From assembly GCA_955652635.1 (NCBI GenBank), contig CATPBN010000103.1, forward strand, positions 1 through 63,930: a stretch of 63,930 nucleotides of DNA, written 5' to 3'. Under the pieces are notes generated by a model, which saw only the letters and a program-made list of their open reading frames with translations, had not been told where the DNA came from and did not search any database. Numbering within the stretch: position 1 is the first letter of the stretch; each line of letters starts with the position of its first letter. The position numbers were made by a program, and so were the translations under genes. Below, in pieces: positions 28,682 to 37,614 of the stretch. Origin of the DNA: an uncultured Gemmatimonadaceae bacterium (lineage in GTDB: Bacteria; Gemmatimonadota; Gemmatimonadetes; Gemmatimonadales; Gemmatimonadaceae).

Positions 28682-30406
28682 CTAGCGCGCCGTCGCAAGC
28701 TCTGGCTGGAATGTTTCTGATTGTCGCGTTGACCCAAGCATTTCCTCACGGGTTTCCAGTTGCGGCATCTCTGCATCCCAGAGCACAAGGCCGTGGATGC
28801 GCATATCCGCACCCCGCAGCGAGTCCACGGCTGTCTTCAAACCTCCAACCGTCGTATGCGCGATTCTCGCGCAGAGGATTACGTCGGGCGCTGGTATGAT
28901 GCTGCTTGCACTTCTTTGCACGTAGCTGGTGGGGGCGGCGATGATGATGAAATCGTAGCGTCGCTGCATGCGAGCGAGCTCTTTCTTGACTTCTTCGACC
29001 ACGTTGGTCTCTGGCAAACCCGAGCGTCGGGTTCCGCTCGGAAGCACGTCGAGGGGTCTGTCGCGGCCAATCGTGGTCGGTACAATGGCCTCAGGCCAGG
29101 TTGAACTGCCAGTGATGATTCCGGAAAGGCCGGGGTCTGGCCTGATTCGCAACACGCTCGCGACGCTACAGGTGGTCGGATCAACGTCGACGAGCAGGGT
29201 GCTCCTCGCCTCGTAGGCAGCAGATGCAGCCAGGTTGGCTGCAACCGTCGCCACAATCCCTGGGTCATCGCCCGTTATCGTAACTATGGGAACGCTTGCC
29301 TCCACCGAGGCAATGTGGAGGTATAAAGTCCGGTAGCTCTCGGATACCACATCGATCAACGGTGGCGCTTCGACATCTGCTTGGCGCCGACTTCGCTCTA
29401 CCACGACCTCGGGCGGTCTGATCACCGTGAGCACGCGTGCTCCGCTGACCTGCTCTGCTTCACGCGCGTCAGCAATGTGCGGCCGCTTGAGCTCCGTCCC
29501 GAAAGAGGCGGCGAATCCAACCGCCAGTGCGAGCACGACCGCCGCAGCCAGCATCGCCCAGGGTGGAGCACCAACATTGGAAAGCTCACGCGCGCGTGCT
29601 GATTCGCGATCGATGCGCGAGTTCTTGCTGCTGATCTGATCTACTTGTCGGGCGGCTGCGGCGTAGCTCTGCTGGGCCGTCACACGCTGGCCAAGGAGCT
29701 TCGTGGTGTCCACCGTAAGGGTGGGCTTCACCACCGGTGCTGGAGTCGGCCGGATCAATGCCAGCTTCCCTCTGATCTCACCCCTCTTTGCATCCGCAAC
29801 TGCCTGTATCGAACGACCGATTGCGTTAGCCCTCGACGTCAGTGCCAGATACACTGGGTCTACCGTGCCAACGGCTCCAAACGCGTTTCGATCGCGCTCG
29901 ATGCCTGCAAGCGAGTCGAGAAGCACTCTGACCTTGGGATCCGCAGCCACCTCGGGTGACGCGGCCAGAGCCCGGTAGGAGGTGGGAAGGGGAGCGTTTT
30001 CGGCGCGATCTATCAACCGATTGAGTCTCGCGAGCTCTAAGCCGAGTGAATCCCGCTGCGCGCGCACAGCCGGAGGGAAGGTATCGACGACCGGCGCCGG
30101 AACAGGATTGGCCGCACGACGTGCGGCATCCAACGCTGAATCGACCGCCGTTACCTCTGCCAGGTATCGATCCCTCGCTGCGACGGCGGGTGATGAATCG
30201 TTCTTGGCCTCGATCTGTGCCGCCACTGCCAATGCCTTTCGCGATGCATTCCTCGGCACGAGCACGAATGCTATCAGCGCGGCGATGAATACGACTCCTC
30301 CTACGATCCCGAAGACGACGACTCGGCGCAGTGCATTTCTCGCACGTGCCGCCATCCAGAGATAGGCTGAGCCTCCGCTCATCCGTGCAATGCTATGAAC
30401 GTTCAT
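28682..30406 (-). CDS. Wzc/polysaccharide co-polymerase-like membrane protein with a degenerate BY-kinase domain
   Basis: TM - coiled-coil - TM, then ESYRTL, TVAANLA, LLVDVD and YDFIII. Walker A GK and Walker B Asp are absent. Confidence 0.75.
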   Translation of the reverse strand: MNVHSIARMSGGSAYLWMAARARNALRRVVVFGIVGGVVFIAALIAFVLVPRNASRKALAVAAQIEAKNDSSPAVAARDRYLAEVTAVDSALDAARRAANPVPAPVVDTFPPAVRAQRDSLGLELARLNRLIDRAENAPLPTSYRALAASPEVAADPKVRVLLDSLAGIERDRNAFGAVGTVDPVYLALTSRANAIGRSIQAVADAKRGEIRGKLALIRPTPAPVVKPTLTVDTTKLLGQRVTAQQSYAAAARQVDQISSKNSRIDRESARARELSNVGAPPWAMLAAAVVLALAVGFAASFGTELKRPHIADAREAEQVSGARVLTVIRPPEVVVERSRRQADVEAPPLIDVVSESYRTLYLHIASVEASVPIVTITGDDPGIVATVAANLAASAAYEARSTLLVDVDPTTCSVASVLRIRPDPGLSGIITGSSTWPEAIVPTTIGRDRPLDVLPSGTRRSGLPETNVVEEVKKELARMQRRYDFIIIAAPTSYVQRSASSIIPAPDVILCARIAHTTVGGLKTAVDSLRGADMRIHGLVLWDAEMPQLETREEMLGSTRQSETFQPELATAR

Positions 30407-30539
30407 GATTCAAAGATTCACGGAATAAGGTGCAACGACAGTCCGATCTAGCTTGACGCCTGGGCGGTGCTAAGGAACCCGCACGGTAGTCTATTCGACA
30501 ATACAATCTAAGCGCCGTCCGAGAAGCGGAGAATGACAT

Positions 30540-30569
30540 AAAAAACGGCGGAGGCTTTCGCCCCCGCCG
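30540..30569 (-). terminator. Intrinsic terminator after the blue-copper gene
   Basis: Minus strand CGGCGGGGGCGAAAGCCTCCGCCG followed by a T-run. Confidence 0.8.
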
Positions 30570-30592
30570 GGTCTTCCGTCAAAGCTGGAAAA

Positions 30593-31126
30593 CTATTGAA
30601 CCGTGATCACGCCCTTCATGCCAAGCGCGAGGTGCGGAGTGCAGTGATAGGGATACACGCCGGGCTTGATCTTCCCGAAGGAAACTGTGACGGACTCCCC
30701 CGGATTAGTCTTCAAGGCGCTGGAGAGCTCTCCCATCTTGTCGGTGCCCATGTTCGCATCGAGCTGAGCTCTGACATCGGCCGGGATTGTCGCCGGGTCA
30801 AAGGCGACGTTGTGCGGGCCGCCAGTCACGACTACGAACTTAGCGGCATCGCCTGCCTTGACCGTGAAATTCGCGGGCTCGAAGCGGTAGCCTTTCGCGT
30901 CGCCGACCATCTTCACTTCGTGACTGGCGCCCGTTACCGGGGCCGCGGCCACTGACCCTGGGGCTGTCCCGCCAGGTGTGGTGGTAGTGCTAGCAGTGGT
31001 AGTAGAGGCCGATGAAGTCGACGTATCGACTGCAACGTGCGTCGTGTCGGCGGGCTTCTTTTCTCCGCCTGCGCAAGCGCCAAGCGTAATTACTCCAACA
31101 GCAACCGCGAATCCATAGAACCGCAT
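30593..31126 (-). CDS. Plastocyanin/auracyanin-type blue copper lipoprotein
   Basis: Lipobox LGAC, Thr/Ser linker, type-1 Cu ligands PHN and C-TPH-LALGM; GGAGG SD. Confidence 0.92.
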   Translation of the reverse strand: MRFYGFAVAVGVITLGACAGGEKKPADTTHVAVDTSTSSASTTTASTTTTPGGTAPGSVAAAPVTGASHEVKMVGDAKGYRFEPANFTVKAGDAAKFVVVTGGPHNVAFDPATIPADVRAQLDANMGTDKMGELSSALKTNPGESVTVSFGKIKPGVYPYHCTPHLALGMKGVITVQ

Positions 31127-31191
31127 CGTTTAAGGCCTCCCAGAGCCGTACGCTAGTGCATAAATAACATTAGACTTCATTACTACAGAGA

Positions 31192-31209
31192 TTGTGAATT
31201 TATTCACAA
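31192..31209. promoter_or_regulatory. Rex-operator/CRP-type palindrome
   Basis: TTGTGAA-TTTA-TTCACAA with perfect 7-bp arms, in the divergent intergenic region. Confidence 0.75.
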
Positions 31210-31281
31210 GCCCCCTGACATGCAAATCTTCCGTACGCCCACGCTAGTCACGATTCGTGCCTTGAACGTTAGCTACGCCGG

Positions 31282-31995
31282 ATGATCGCAATTCCCGCAC
31301 TCGACTTGAGAGATGCGGCCTGCGTCCAGCTCGCTGCCGACTCGTACGACAAGGAGTTATTGCGCATTCCAGATCCTGTTGGCGTAGCCCGCGCTTGGAG
31401 ACAGTATGGATTCCATCATCTTCACGTTGTTGATCTTGATGGAGTCGCTGGGCGAGGGCAAAACACGGCGGAAATTCACTCAATTCTCGCCGCCACGGAT
31501 GCGGAAGTTCAGGTCGGGGGAGGAATCAGAAGTCAGACGTCGATTGATCAGTTGCTGAACGACGGCGCGCAGCGCGTCGTGATCGGAACCCGAGCGCTCG
31601 AAGACCCTGACTGGCTCATCGATATGAGCACGGCTTTCCCTGGGTGCATTGTCGTCGCTGCTGATGTCCGCGACCGCAGGATCCTTTCCCATGGCTGGAC
31701 TCGTACGCACTCGAAGCTGGTGCTCGACCTGATTGAAGAGCTCAATGGCCTGCCTCTCGCCGGCGTACTGGTAACCGCGGTACATCGCGAGGCAGCGATG
31801 CGAGGAACGGATCTGCCACTGATGGAAGATGTCGCTGAAGCCGCAGAATTTCCGGTTTTCGCTTCCGGCGGCCTGGGAAGCCTCAACGATCTTCGTGCAC
31901 TGGAGGATCGGGGCGTCGCTGCCGCGATAATCGGGATGGCCCTCTACAGCGGCGCGATGGATCCTCGTGTCGTGGCCGAGGAGTTCGCGGAGTAG
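31282..31995 (+). CDS. hisA: HisA-family ProFAR isomerase
   Basis: IPALDL, LHVVDLD, QVGGGIRS, VVIGT and ASGG motifs. No other his genes in the window. Confidence 0.8.
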   Translation: MIAIPALDLRDAACVQLAADSYDKELLRIPDPVGVARAWRQYGFHHLHVVDLDGVAGRGQNTAEIHSILAATDAEVQVGGGIRSQTSIDQLLNDGAQRVVIGTRALEDPDWLIDMSTAFPGCIVVAADVRDRRILSHGWTRTHSKLVLDLIEELNGLPLAGVLVTAVHREAAMRGTDLPLMEDVAEAAEFPVFASGGLGSLNDLRALEDRGVAAAIIGMALYSGAMDPRVVAEEFAE

Positions 31996-32037
31996 CCGGT
32001 CACTTGGTCGCTTGTGCTCACCGCAATCCTATCCTCA

Positions 32038-33300
32038 CTAGAATAGGCTGATAGTCCGCGGGTTCAGCTTCGATGGATCACCCACGTACGCGAAGCGGAA
32101 GCCTTTCATGTACTTCCTCGCTACCCGTTGAACCGCTTCCGGTGTAACGCTCTTCAACTCGTCGACGAAGCGCTCGGCTTCGCGGTAATCTCCCCCGTAC
32201 AGCTGCGACCGGGCCAGAAAGTCAGCCTGGGCCGCGTTTGTTTCGTTGTCCAGAAAGTATTCGGTGATGAATTGCTCTTCGAGCTGTTTCAGTCCTGCAG
32301 GGTCGAGCATGCCCTGTTGGAGATCTACAATCGCGGCTCGCATCAGCCTGAGCGCAGTATCGGGCGAAACCGTCGTGACGTAGAGCCCGCCTAACGTCGC
32401 GGCCCGATCCACGAAAGGCGCGTGAACATCGTAGGTAAGATTCTGGCGTGTTCGAATCTCGGCGAACATGCGCCCGGTGAGGACAGAAGTCGCCACTCTG
32501 AGGGCCTGATAGTCCTCCCCTTTTGCCAGTGGCCCACTGTAATAGCCAAGTATGTAGTTGGTGGGCAGCTGTCGGCGCGCGATGACAACCGCCGTTGGGG
32601 ATTCCGGAACCCGGGGTGGGGCAGTCCACTCATAGCCTCCACGCGGAAGCTGCCCTATCGACTTGTTCACCAGTCGCTCGATGTGAGCGCGGTCGATGTT
32701 GCCTACGACAACGAGCAGCATTCGCGATGTGACGAACTGTGTGCGCTGATAATCACGGAGCGCTGCCGAGTCTATCGCCTGAATTGACTTTTCGTTTCCG
32801 CCTACCGAAACCGAATATGGATGACCGATGAACGTGATGCTGTCGGCAAGAAGGTCAGCGAGTGCATCGGGATCGTCTCGCCGCTGCCTGATTCCGGAAA
32901 GGTATTGGGCTTTGACGACGCTTATCTCCGATTTCGCGAGCGTCGGATGCGCCACTCTGTCCGCGAAGATAGACCATGTAGAGTCGAAAACCTGGGTACT
33001 TGACCGAATTCCGAACATTGTCCAGTCGGCGCTTGGGGTCACGACGATCTCACTGCCAAGCTTTGCCATCGCGCGACGCAGCGCATTTTTTGGGTACTGG
33101 CGCGTGCCTCGCTCCGAAACATCGAGAAGGATCGGCTCGATCCCGGCGTTAGCATCGGTGACCTGCCGAGCACCGCCCAGAAGATAGAGGTTCGCTTCGA
33201 CGACATTGTTCCCGCTATTCTGGCGAAGAATCACGTGCACGCCGGATACATCGAAGCTGGTGGTCAGCGCGGTGATTGCGAGAGCAATCGAAAGCAGCAT
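32038..33300 (-). CDS. M16 peptidase, non-catalytic subunit
   Basis: M16 fold features (HPY, VVVGNID, RMFAEIRTRQNLTY); no HxxEH motif. Confidence 0.85.
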   Translation of the reverse strand: MLLSIALAITALTTSFDVSGVHVILRQNSGNNVVEANLYLLGGARQVTDANAGIEPILLDVSERGTRQYPKNALRRAMAKLGSEIVVTPSADWTMFGIRSSTQVFDSTWSIFADRVAHPTLAKSEISVVKAQYLSGIRQRRDDPDALADLLADSITFIGHPYSVSVGGNEKSIQAIDSAALRDYQRTQFVTSRMLLVVVGNIDRAHIERLVNKSIGQLPRGGYEWTAPPRVPESPTAVVIARRQLPTNYILGYYSGPLAKGEDYQALRVATSVLTGRMFAEIRTRQNLTYDVHAPFVDRAATLGGLYVTTVSPDTALRLMRAAIVDLQQGMLDPAGLKQLEEQFITEYFLDNETNAAQADFLARSQLYGGDYREAERFVDELKSVTPEAVQRVARKYMKGFRFAYVGDPSKLNPRTISLF

Positions 33301-34700
33301 TAGCGCGCCCCTGCCGTCACGAGATCTGCTGGAACAAGTTTCAGCGATTGTCGTGCGTCCGCTGGGATCAAGACTCCCGCGATGTGCGGCTTACTGACGA
33401 TGTATTTGCGTGCGTACGCACGTAAGTCGTCCAGTGATTGTTGTGCCATGTAGTCAACGTATCCCATGTAGTATTCGAGGCTCGCCACACTCCACCAAAA
33501 ACCCAGTGTGTGGGCAAATCCGGAAGCGCGCTCCCGGTCGAAGGCCGACGTAACGGCTCGATGCGCTTTCACCGCTTCCAGCTCATCCGACGTGAAGTAC
33601 CCGGGCGTGTCAAATTTGGCGATCTCGCCGTAGAGCGCTGTCACCGCTTGGCGGAGTTGCTCTGCCGATGTCTGGCCGCTGATCGTAATTGGGCCAGTAT
33701 GATTCAACGTGTAGTAGTTGACTCCAACGGCCTGCCACAGACCGCTATCGACGAGCTTCTGCTGAAACTGTGATTGCGGATCGTTGAGTACGTCCGAAAA
33801 TACATCTGCTGCGTAGGTCGACTTCGGATCCTGTCCAACGCTCGGACCCTGCCATTGTATCTGAACCGTCACCGCTCCCACTGGGGCTTCGACGATGAGC
33901 GCTTCACTTTTCTGAAGGGGCGGAATCGCTGGAATTGGATCGGCCGCAAAAGGGTCGGCACCGCGATTCCATTGACCCAGTTCTCGTTCGGCCAGGGCAA
34001 AAACGGTCGCCGGATTGACGTCACCGGCAACGATCAGGGCCGAATTGTTGGGAACGTAGTACTTGTTTTGAATCGTCCGCATCTTTTCCGGCGTGGTGGT
34101 CGAAACGATCTGCCGGTCACCGATGACATCCTTTCTGCTGAAGTTGCCCGGATACAGTTTCGCGGTTATTTGACGATCGAGAGCGAAAAAAGGGCTCGAC
34201 TCGTTTCTGTCGTACTCCCCGATAACTACCTGGCGCTCACGCTCCAGTTCGTCAGACCTGAATAGAGGGCCCCGAATCGCTGAAGCTAGAAGTTGAATAC
34301 CATCTGCGAGCTTTTCGGTAGGGACCGTCATGAAATAGTTGACGCGTTCTTCCGATGTCGTCGCGTTGAACACGGATCCCAGATCCGAGGCTCGATCCCA
34401 GAACTGGTTGGGCTCGGGATACTTCGAATCCGCGCGGAAGAACATGTGCTCGTACATGTGAGCCAGTCCTTCAAACTCCGGGGTCTGTGTAAACGACCCG
34501 TTCTTTACATCGATCTCGATCGTCGCTAACGGAACGCCGTGGTTCTCAACAACGATTATCTCGAGGCCGTTCCCGAGAACTTTGCGCTGAATGATCTTCT
34601 CCAGCTCCGCCCTTTGCGCCGTGGCCTCCATGGGCAGAAGCGCGGACAGAAAAAGCGCGAGAGTAGCGCAGTGACGCAGGACACCTTTTCTTTCGGACAT
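33300..34700 (-). CDS. M16 zinc peptidase, catalytic subunit
   Basis: Signal peptide; GLAHMYEHMFF, NATTS, ERQVVIGE and YYVPNN motifs. Confidence 0.92.
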   Translation of the reverse strand: MSERKGVLRHCATLALFLSALLPMEATAQRAELEKIIQRKVLGNGLEIIVVENHGVPLATIEIDVKNGSFTQTPEFEGLAHMYEHMFFRADSKYPEPNQFWDRASDLGSVFNATTSEERVNYFMTVPTEKLADGIQLLASAIRGPLFRSDELERERQVVIGEYDRNESSPFFALDRQITAKLYPGNFSRKDVIGDRQIVSTTTPEKMRTIQNKYYVPNNSALIVAGDVNPATVFALAERELGQWNRGADPFAADPIPAIPPLQKSEALIVEAPVGAVTVQIQWQGPSVGQDPKSTYAADVFSDVLNDPQSQFQQKLVDSGLWQAVGVNYYTLNHTGPITISGQTSAEQLRQAVTALYGEIAKFDTPGYFTSDELEAVKAHRAVTSAFDRERASGFAHTLGFWWSVASLEYYMGYVDYMAQQSLDDLRAYARKYIVSKPHIAGVLIPADARQSLKLVPADLVTAGAR

Positions 34701-35655
34701 GTCAGATTCTGGGAAAGCCCGCTCGAACTCCTACGGGCAATTGATCGCTCGACTCGACAGCGCGAGACTCAAGCGAGATGAGCCACTCGCTCAATACACC
34801 ACATTCAAGATCGGCGGTCCAGCCGATTTCTTCTACGATGCAACATCGACCGAGGATCTGGCAGGGGCTGTTAGCGCTGCCCGTAAACTCGGAATCGAGT
34901 ATTTCGTACTCGGGCTCGGTGCCAACATCCTCGTCGGCGACAAGGGATTCCGGGGCCTCGTCATCCGGAATACGTCCAGCCATTTGAAGTTTTTCGACGA
35001 CGGCAGGCTCTGGGTGGAAAGCGGAGCAGTAATGGCAAGGTTGATACCTCAGGCCGTCGAGCGTGGATTGTCTGGCCTGGAGCACTACGTCGGAATTCCC
35101 AGCACGGTTGGCGGAGCGGTCTGGCAGAATCTGCACTTTCTTTCGCCCGCCCCGGCAAGGGAGAGAACCATGTTCATCGCTGAGGTTTTCGAGTCCGCCG
35201 AGCTGCTGACACACGACGGCAGGCGACAGACAGTCGATCGGGACTACATGCAGTTCGGTTACGACACCAGCACGCTCCACAAGCAGCGAGACATCGCGCT
35301 GGCGGTGACCTTCCAGCTCGAGCCGTGCGACAAAGCGCTCATGCACCGCATCATGCAGGAGAATCTCAGCTGGCGTGGCGGTAAGCACCCGTGGCTCGAG
35401 TATCATCCAAGTGCCGGCTCGATCTTCAAGAAAATCGAGGGAGTCGGCGCCGGTCGCCTGATCGATGACGTTGGACTGAAGGGTTTTCGCCATGGTGACG
35501 CGCAGATATCACACATTCATGCGAATATCATGGTCAATCTGGGAAAGGCGACCGCGAAAAATGTTCGCGAGCTGATTGCGATTGCCCAGGATAAGGTGCA
35601 GCAGCGATTTGGCCACCATTTGGAAGTCGAGATAGGGTTTATTGGCGAGTTCTAA
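34699..35655 (+). CDS. murB: UDP-N-acetylenolpyruvoylglucosamine reductase
   Basis: TTFKIGGPA, LGLGANILVGD, GIPSTVGGAV, SAGSIFK, HANIMVN and LEVE motifs. The true start may be later (TTG 34741). Confidence 0.93.
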   Translation: MSDSGKARSNSYGQLIARLDSARLKRDEPLAQYTTFKIGGPADFFYDATSTEDLAGAVSAARKLGIEYFVLGLGANILVGDKGFRGLVIRNTSSHLKFFDDGRLWVESGAVMARLIPQAVERGLSGLEHYVGIPSTVGGAVWQNLHFLSPAPARERTMFIAEVFESAELLTHDGRRQTVDRDYMQFGYDTSTLHKQRDIALAVTFQLEPCDKALMHRIMQENLSWRGGKHPWLEYHPSAGSIFKKIEGVGAGRLIDDVGLKGFRHGDAQISHIHANIMVNLGKATAKNVRELIAIAQDKVQQRFGHHLEVEIGFIGEF

Positions 35656-35661
35656 TCAGAA

Positions 35662-37614
35662 TCAGGTCGCCGAGAGCTGCTCAGCTCGGTCGGTCGCTGT
35701 AGTCCATTGCTCGATCGCAGCATCCAACTTTCGACGGACTACATCAAGCTCCTTTCCTGACAGACGTGATCTCTCCATTCCCTCGCGGGTGGTATAAAGC
35801 TCCGGATCCTCGAGAAGCGCGGTCAATTCCGCTACTCGCCGCTCGAGCAATGCGACCTCCTTCTCGCACTTCTCCACTTTCTGCCGCGCTTCGCGTAGCA
35901 CTGCCCGGCTCTCATCGCCTTTGACCTCGCGCCTTCTCGTCGTCTGGCGCTCCCTCACTCTGCGAAGCGCCTCCTGCTCGGATGCGGCAACGGCGGCGGC
36001 GTGCTCTCGCTCGCGGCTCTGTTCCTCCCACTCCCCAAATGATCCGGGAAAGTCCGTAACGTGATGCTCATGAAGCACCCACACCCGAGAAGTAAGGGCC
36101 TCGAGCATCGCGCGATCATGGCTCACCAGAAGAATGGTCCCCTCATATGACTCGAGTGCTTCTTCGAGAGCCTCGACTGATTCGATGTCGAGATGATTCG
36201 TGGGTTCATCGAGCACCAGAAAATTTGCCCGACTCAAAACCATCATCGCTAGTGCGACCCGCGCTCTTTCGCCGCCAGAAAGTGTCTCGGCGCGACGCTG
36301 GGCCTCGTCACCCGAGAAACCGAAGCGGGCAAGGTGACCCTGGACTTGCCGGCGTTCCCAGTTGGGACGCAGCTCGCTGATGACGTCGAAGAGCGTACGA
36401 TCCACTGGTACCTGCGCCATGTCCTGTCGGTAGTAGCTGGGACGAACTGATCCCCCGATCCGAAGCTCTCCACTGGAGATCTCGCGCTCTCCGACGAGCG
36501 CGCGCAGAAACGTGGATTTTCCGCTCCCGTTTGGGCCCACAAAGCCAACTATTTCACCACGCTGAATCGTGGCGGTGAAATTCCGAATAAGAGTGCGTCC
36601 TTCCACTCCCAACGTGACATCCCGGGCGACAATGACCTGGTCGCCCCCTCGCTCTGACATGTCGAGCCTCAGACCAATCGCGCTGCCTTCCTCCGCAGTC
36701 GGGCCACTGAGCCTCGGCATTCGGCTCAGGCGCTTGCGCCGCCCTTTTGCCTGCTTCGAATTCTGGCCGGCGATATTGCGCCTGATGTAGTCTTCTTCTT
36801 CGGCGATGACCTTGCGTTGCTTGTCGGCCGCCCGTTGTTGACTGAGCCGTCGTTCTTCCCGCTGAGCGACGAAAGATTCGTAGCTTCCGGTGTACTCCAC
36901 GGCCGTGCCACCCTCCAGATGGAGCACGTGATCCACGACATTGGCGAGAAATGTCCGATCGTGGCTTATCAGGAGGATCGTCTTGTCAGTGTTGTTCAGG
37001 TAGTCCTCGAGCCACTTGGTCGTTTCGAGATCGAGGTGATTCGTCGGCTCGTCGAGCAGCAGGACGTCGGCCGCGCTAACCAGCTGTCGCGCCAGGCCGA
37101 GTCGACCACGTTCGCCACCGCTTAATTGTTCCAACGGTTGTGTGCGCGCTCTCTCAGCGTCGAACCCGAGACCCTGAAGTACCGCATCCACTCTTGGGGC
37201 AAAAGTGTAACCTCCTTCGCGATCGAATCGTTCGAGATCCCGGTCGTACCTCGCCAGCATTTGCGGGGATGCGGCTTCCCCGACTTTCGCGAGCTCGCTG
37301 CCTTGCTCCGCCAAAGAGTGTTCGAGTGCGAGAAGCTCGGCGAATTCGCCCGCTCCCGCTTCCCAGACAGTTTGTGCGCCAACGAAATCGCGATGCTGCT
37401 CGAGGAGCGCCACTCGCAGACCGGGTTGCTGCGTCACAACCCCTTCGGTCGGTTTCTGGGCTCCGATGATCACTCGGAAAAGCGTGGTCTTCCCGCTCCC
37501 GTTGCGCCCGAGGATTGCCCAGCGGTCGCCCTTACCGATCGTGAACGTCACACCTTTGAATATCCTCGTAGCGCCAAACTCGACACCGGCGTTCGAAATC
37601 GAGATCTGTGTCAA
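35662..37614 (-). CDS. ABC-F family ATPase (Uup/YheS-like)
   Basis: Two NBDs (GRNGSGKT, LSGGE, LLDEPTNHLD; GPNGSGKS), no TM segments, C-terminal coiled coil. TTG start overlaps the upstream stop. Confidence 0.92.
   Translation of the reverse strand: MTQISISNAGVEFGATRIFKGVTFTIGKGDRWAILGRNGSGKTTLFRVIIGAQKPTEGVVTQQPGLRVALLEQHRDFVGAQTVWEAGAGEFAELLALEHSLAEQGSELAKVGEAASPQMLARYDRDLERFDREGGYTFAPRVDAVLQGLGFDAERARTQPLEQLSGGERGRLGLARQLVSAADVLLLDEPTNHLDLETTKWLEDYLNNTDKTILLISHDRTFLANVVDHVLHLEGGTAVEYTGSYESFVAQREERRLSQQRAADKQRKVIAEEEDYIRRNIAGQNSKQAKGRRKRLSRMPRLSGPTAEEGSAIGLRLDMSERGGDQVIVARDVTLGVEGRTLIRNFTATIQRGEIVGFVGPNGSGKSTFLRALVGEREISSGELRIGGSVRPSYYRQDMAQVPVDRTLFDVISELRPNWERRQVQGHLARFGFSGDEAQRRAETLSGGERARVALAMMVLSRANFLVLDEPTNHLDIESVEALEEALESYEGTILLVSHDRAMLEALTSRVWVLHEHHVTDFPGSFGEWEEQSREREHAAAVAASEQEALRRVRERQTTRRREVKGDESRAVLREARQKVEKCEKEVALLERRVAELTALLEDPELYTTREGMERSRLSGKELDVVRRKLDAAIEQWTTATDRAEQLSAT

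Noticed and set aside
32038-33300. M16 gene lacking HxxEH as a possible pseudogene
   Set aside because: Catalytic plus non-catalytic M16 heterodimer pairs are well known, and the ORF is intact.
34698-34701. Divergent M16 and murB ORFs apparently sharing one CATG
   Set aside because: Probably a longest-ORF artefact; murB could start at TTG 34741, and start sites cannot be resolved from sequence alone.
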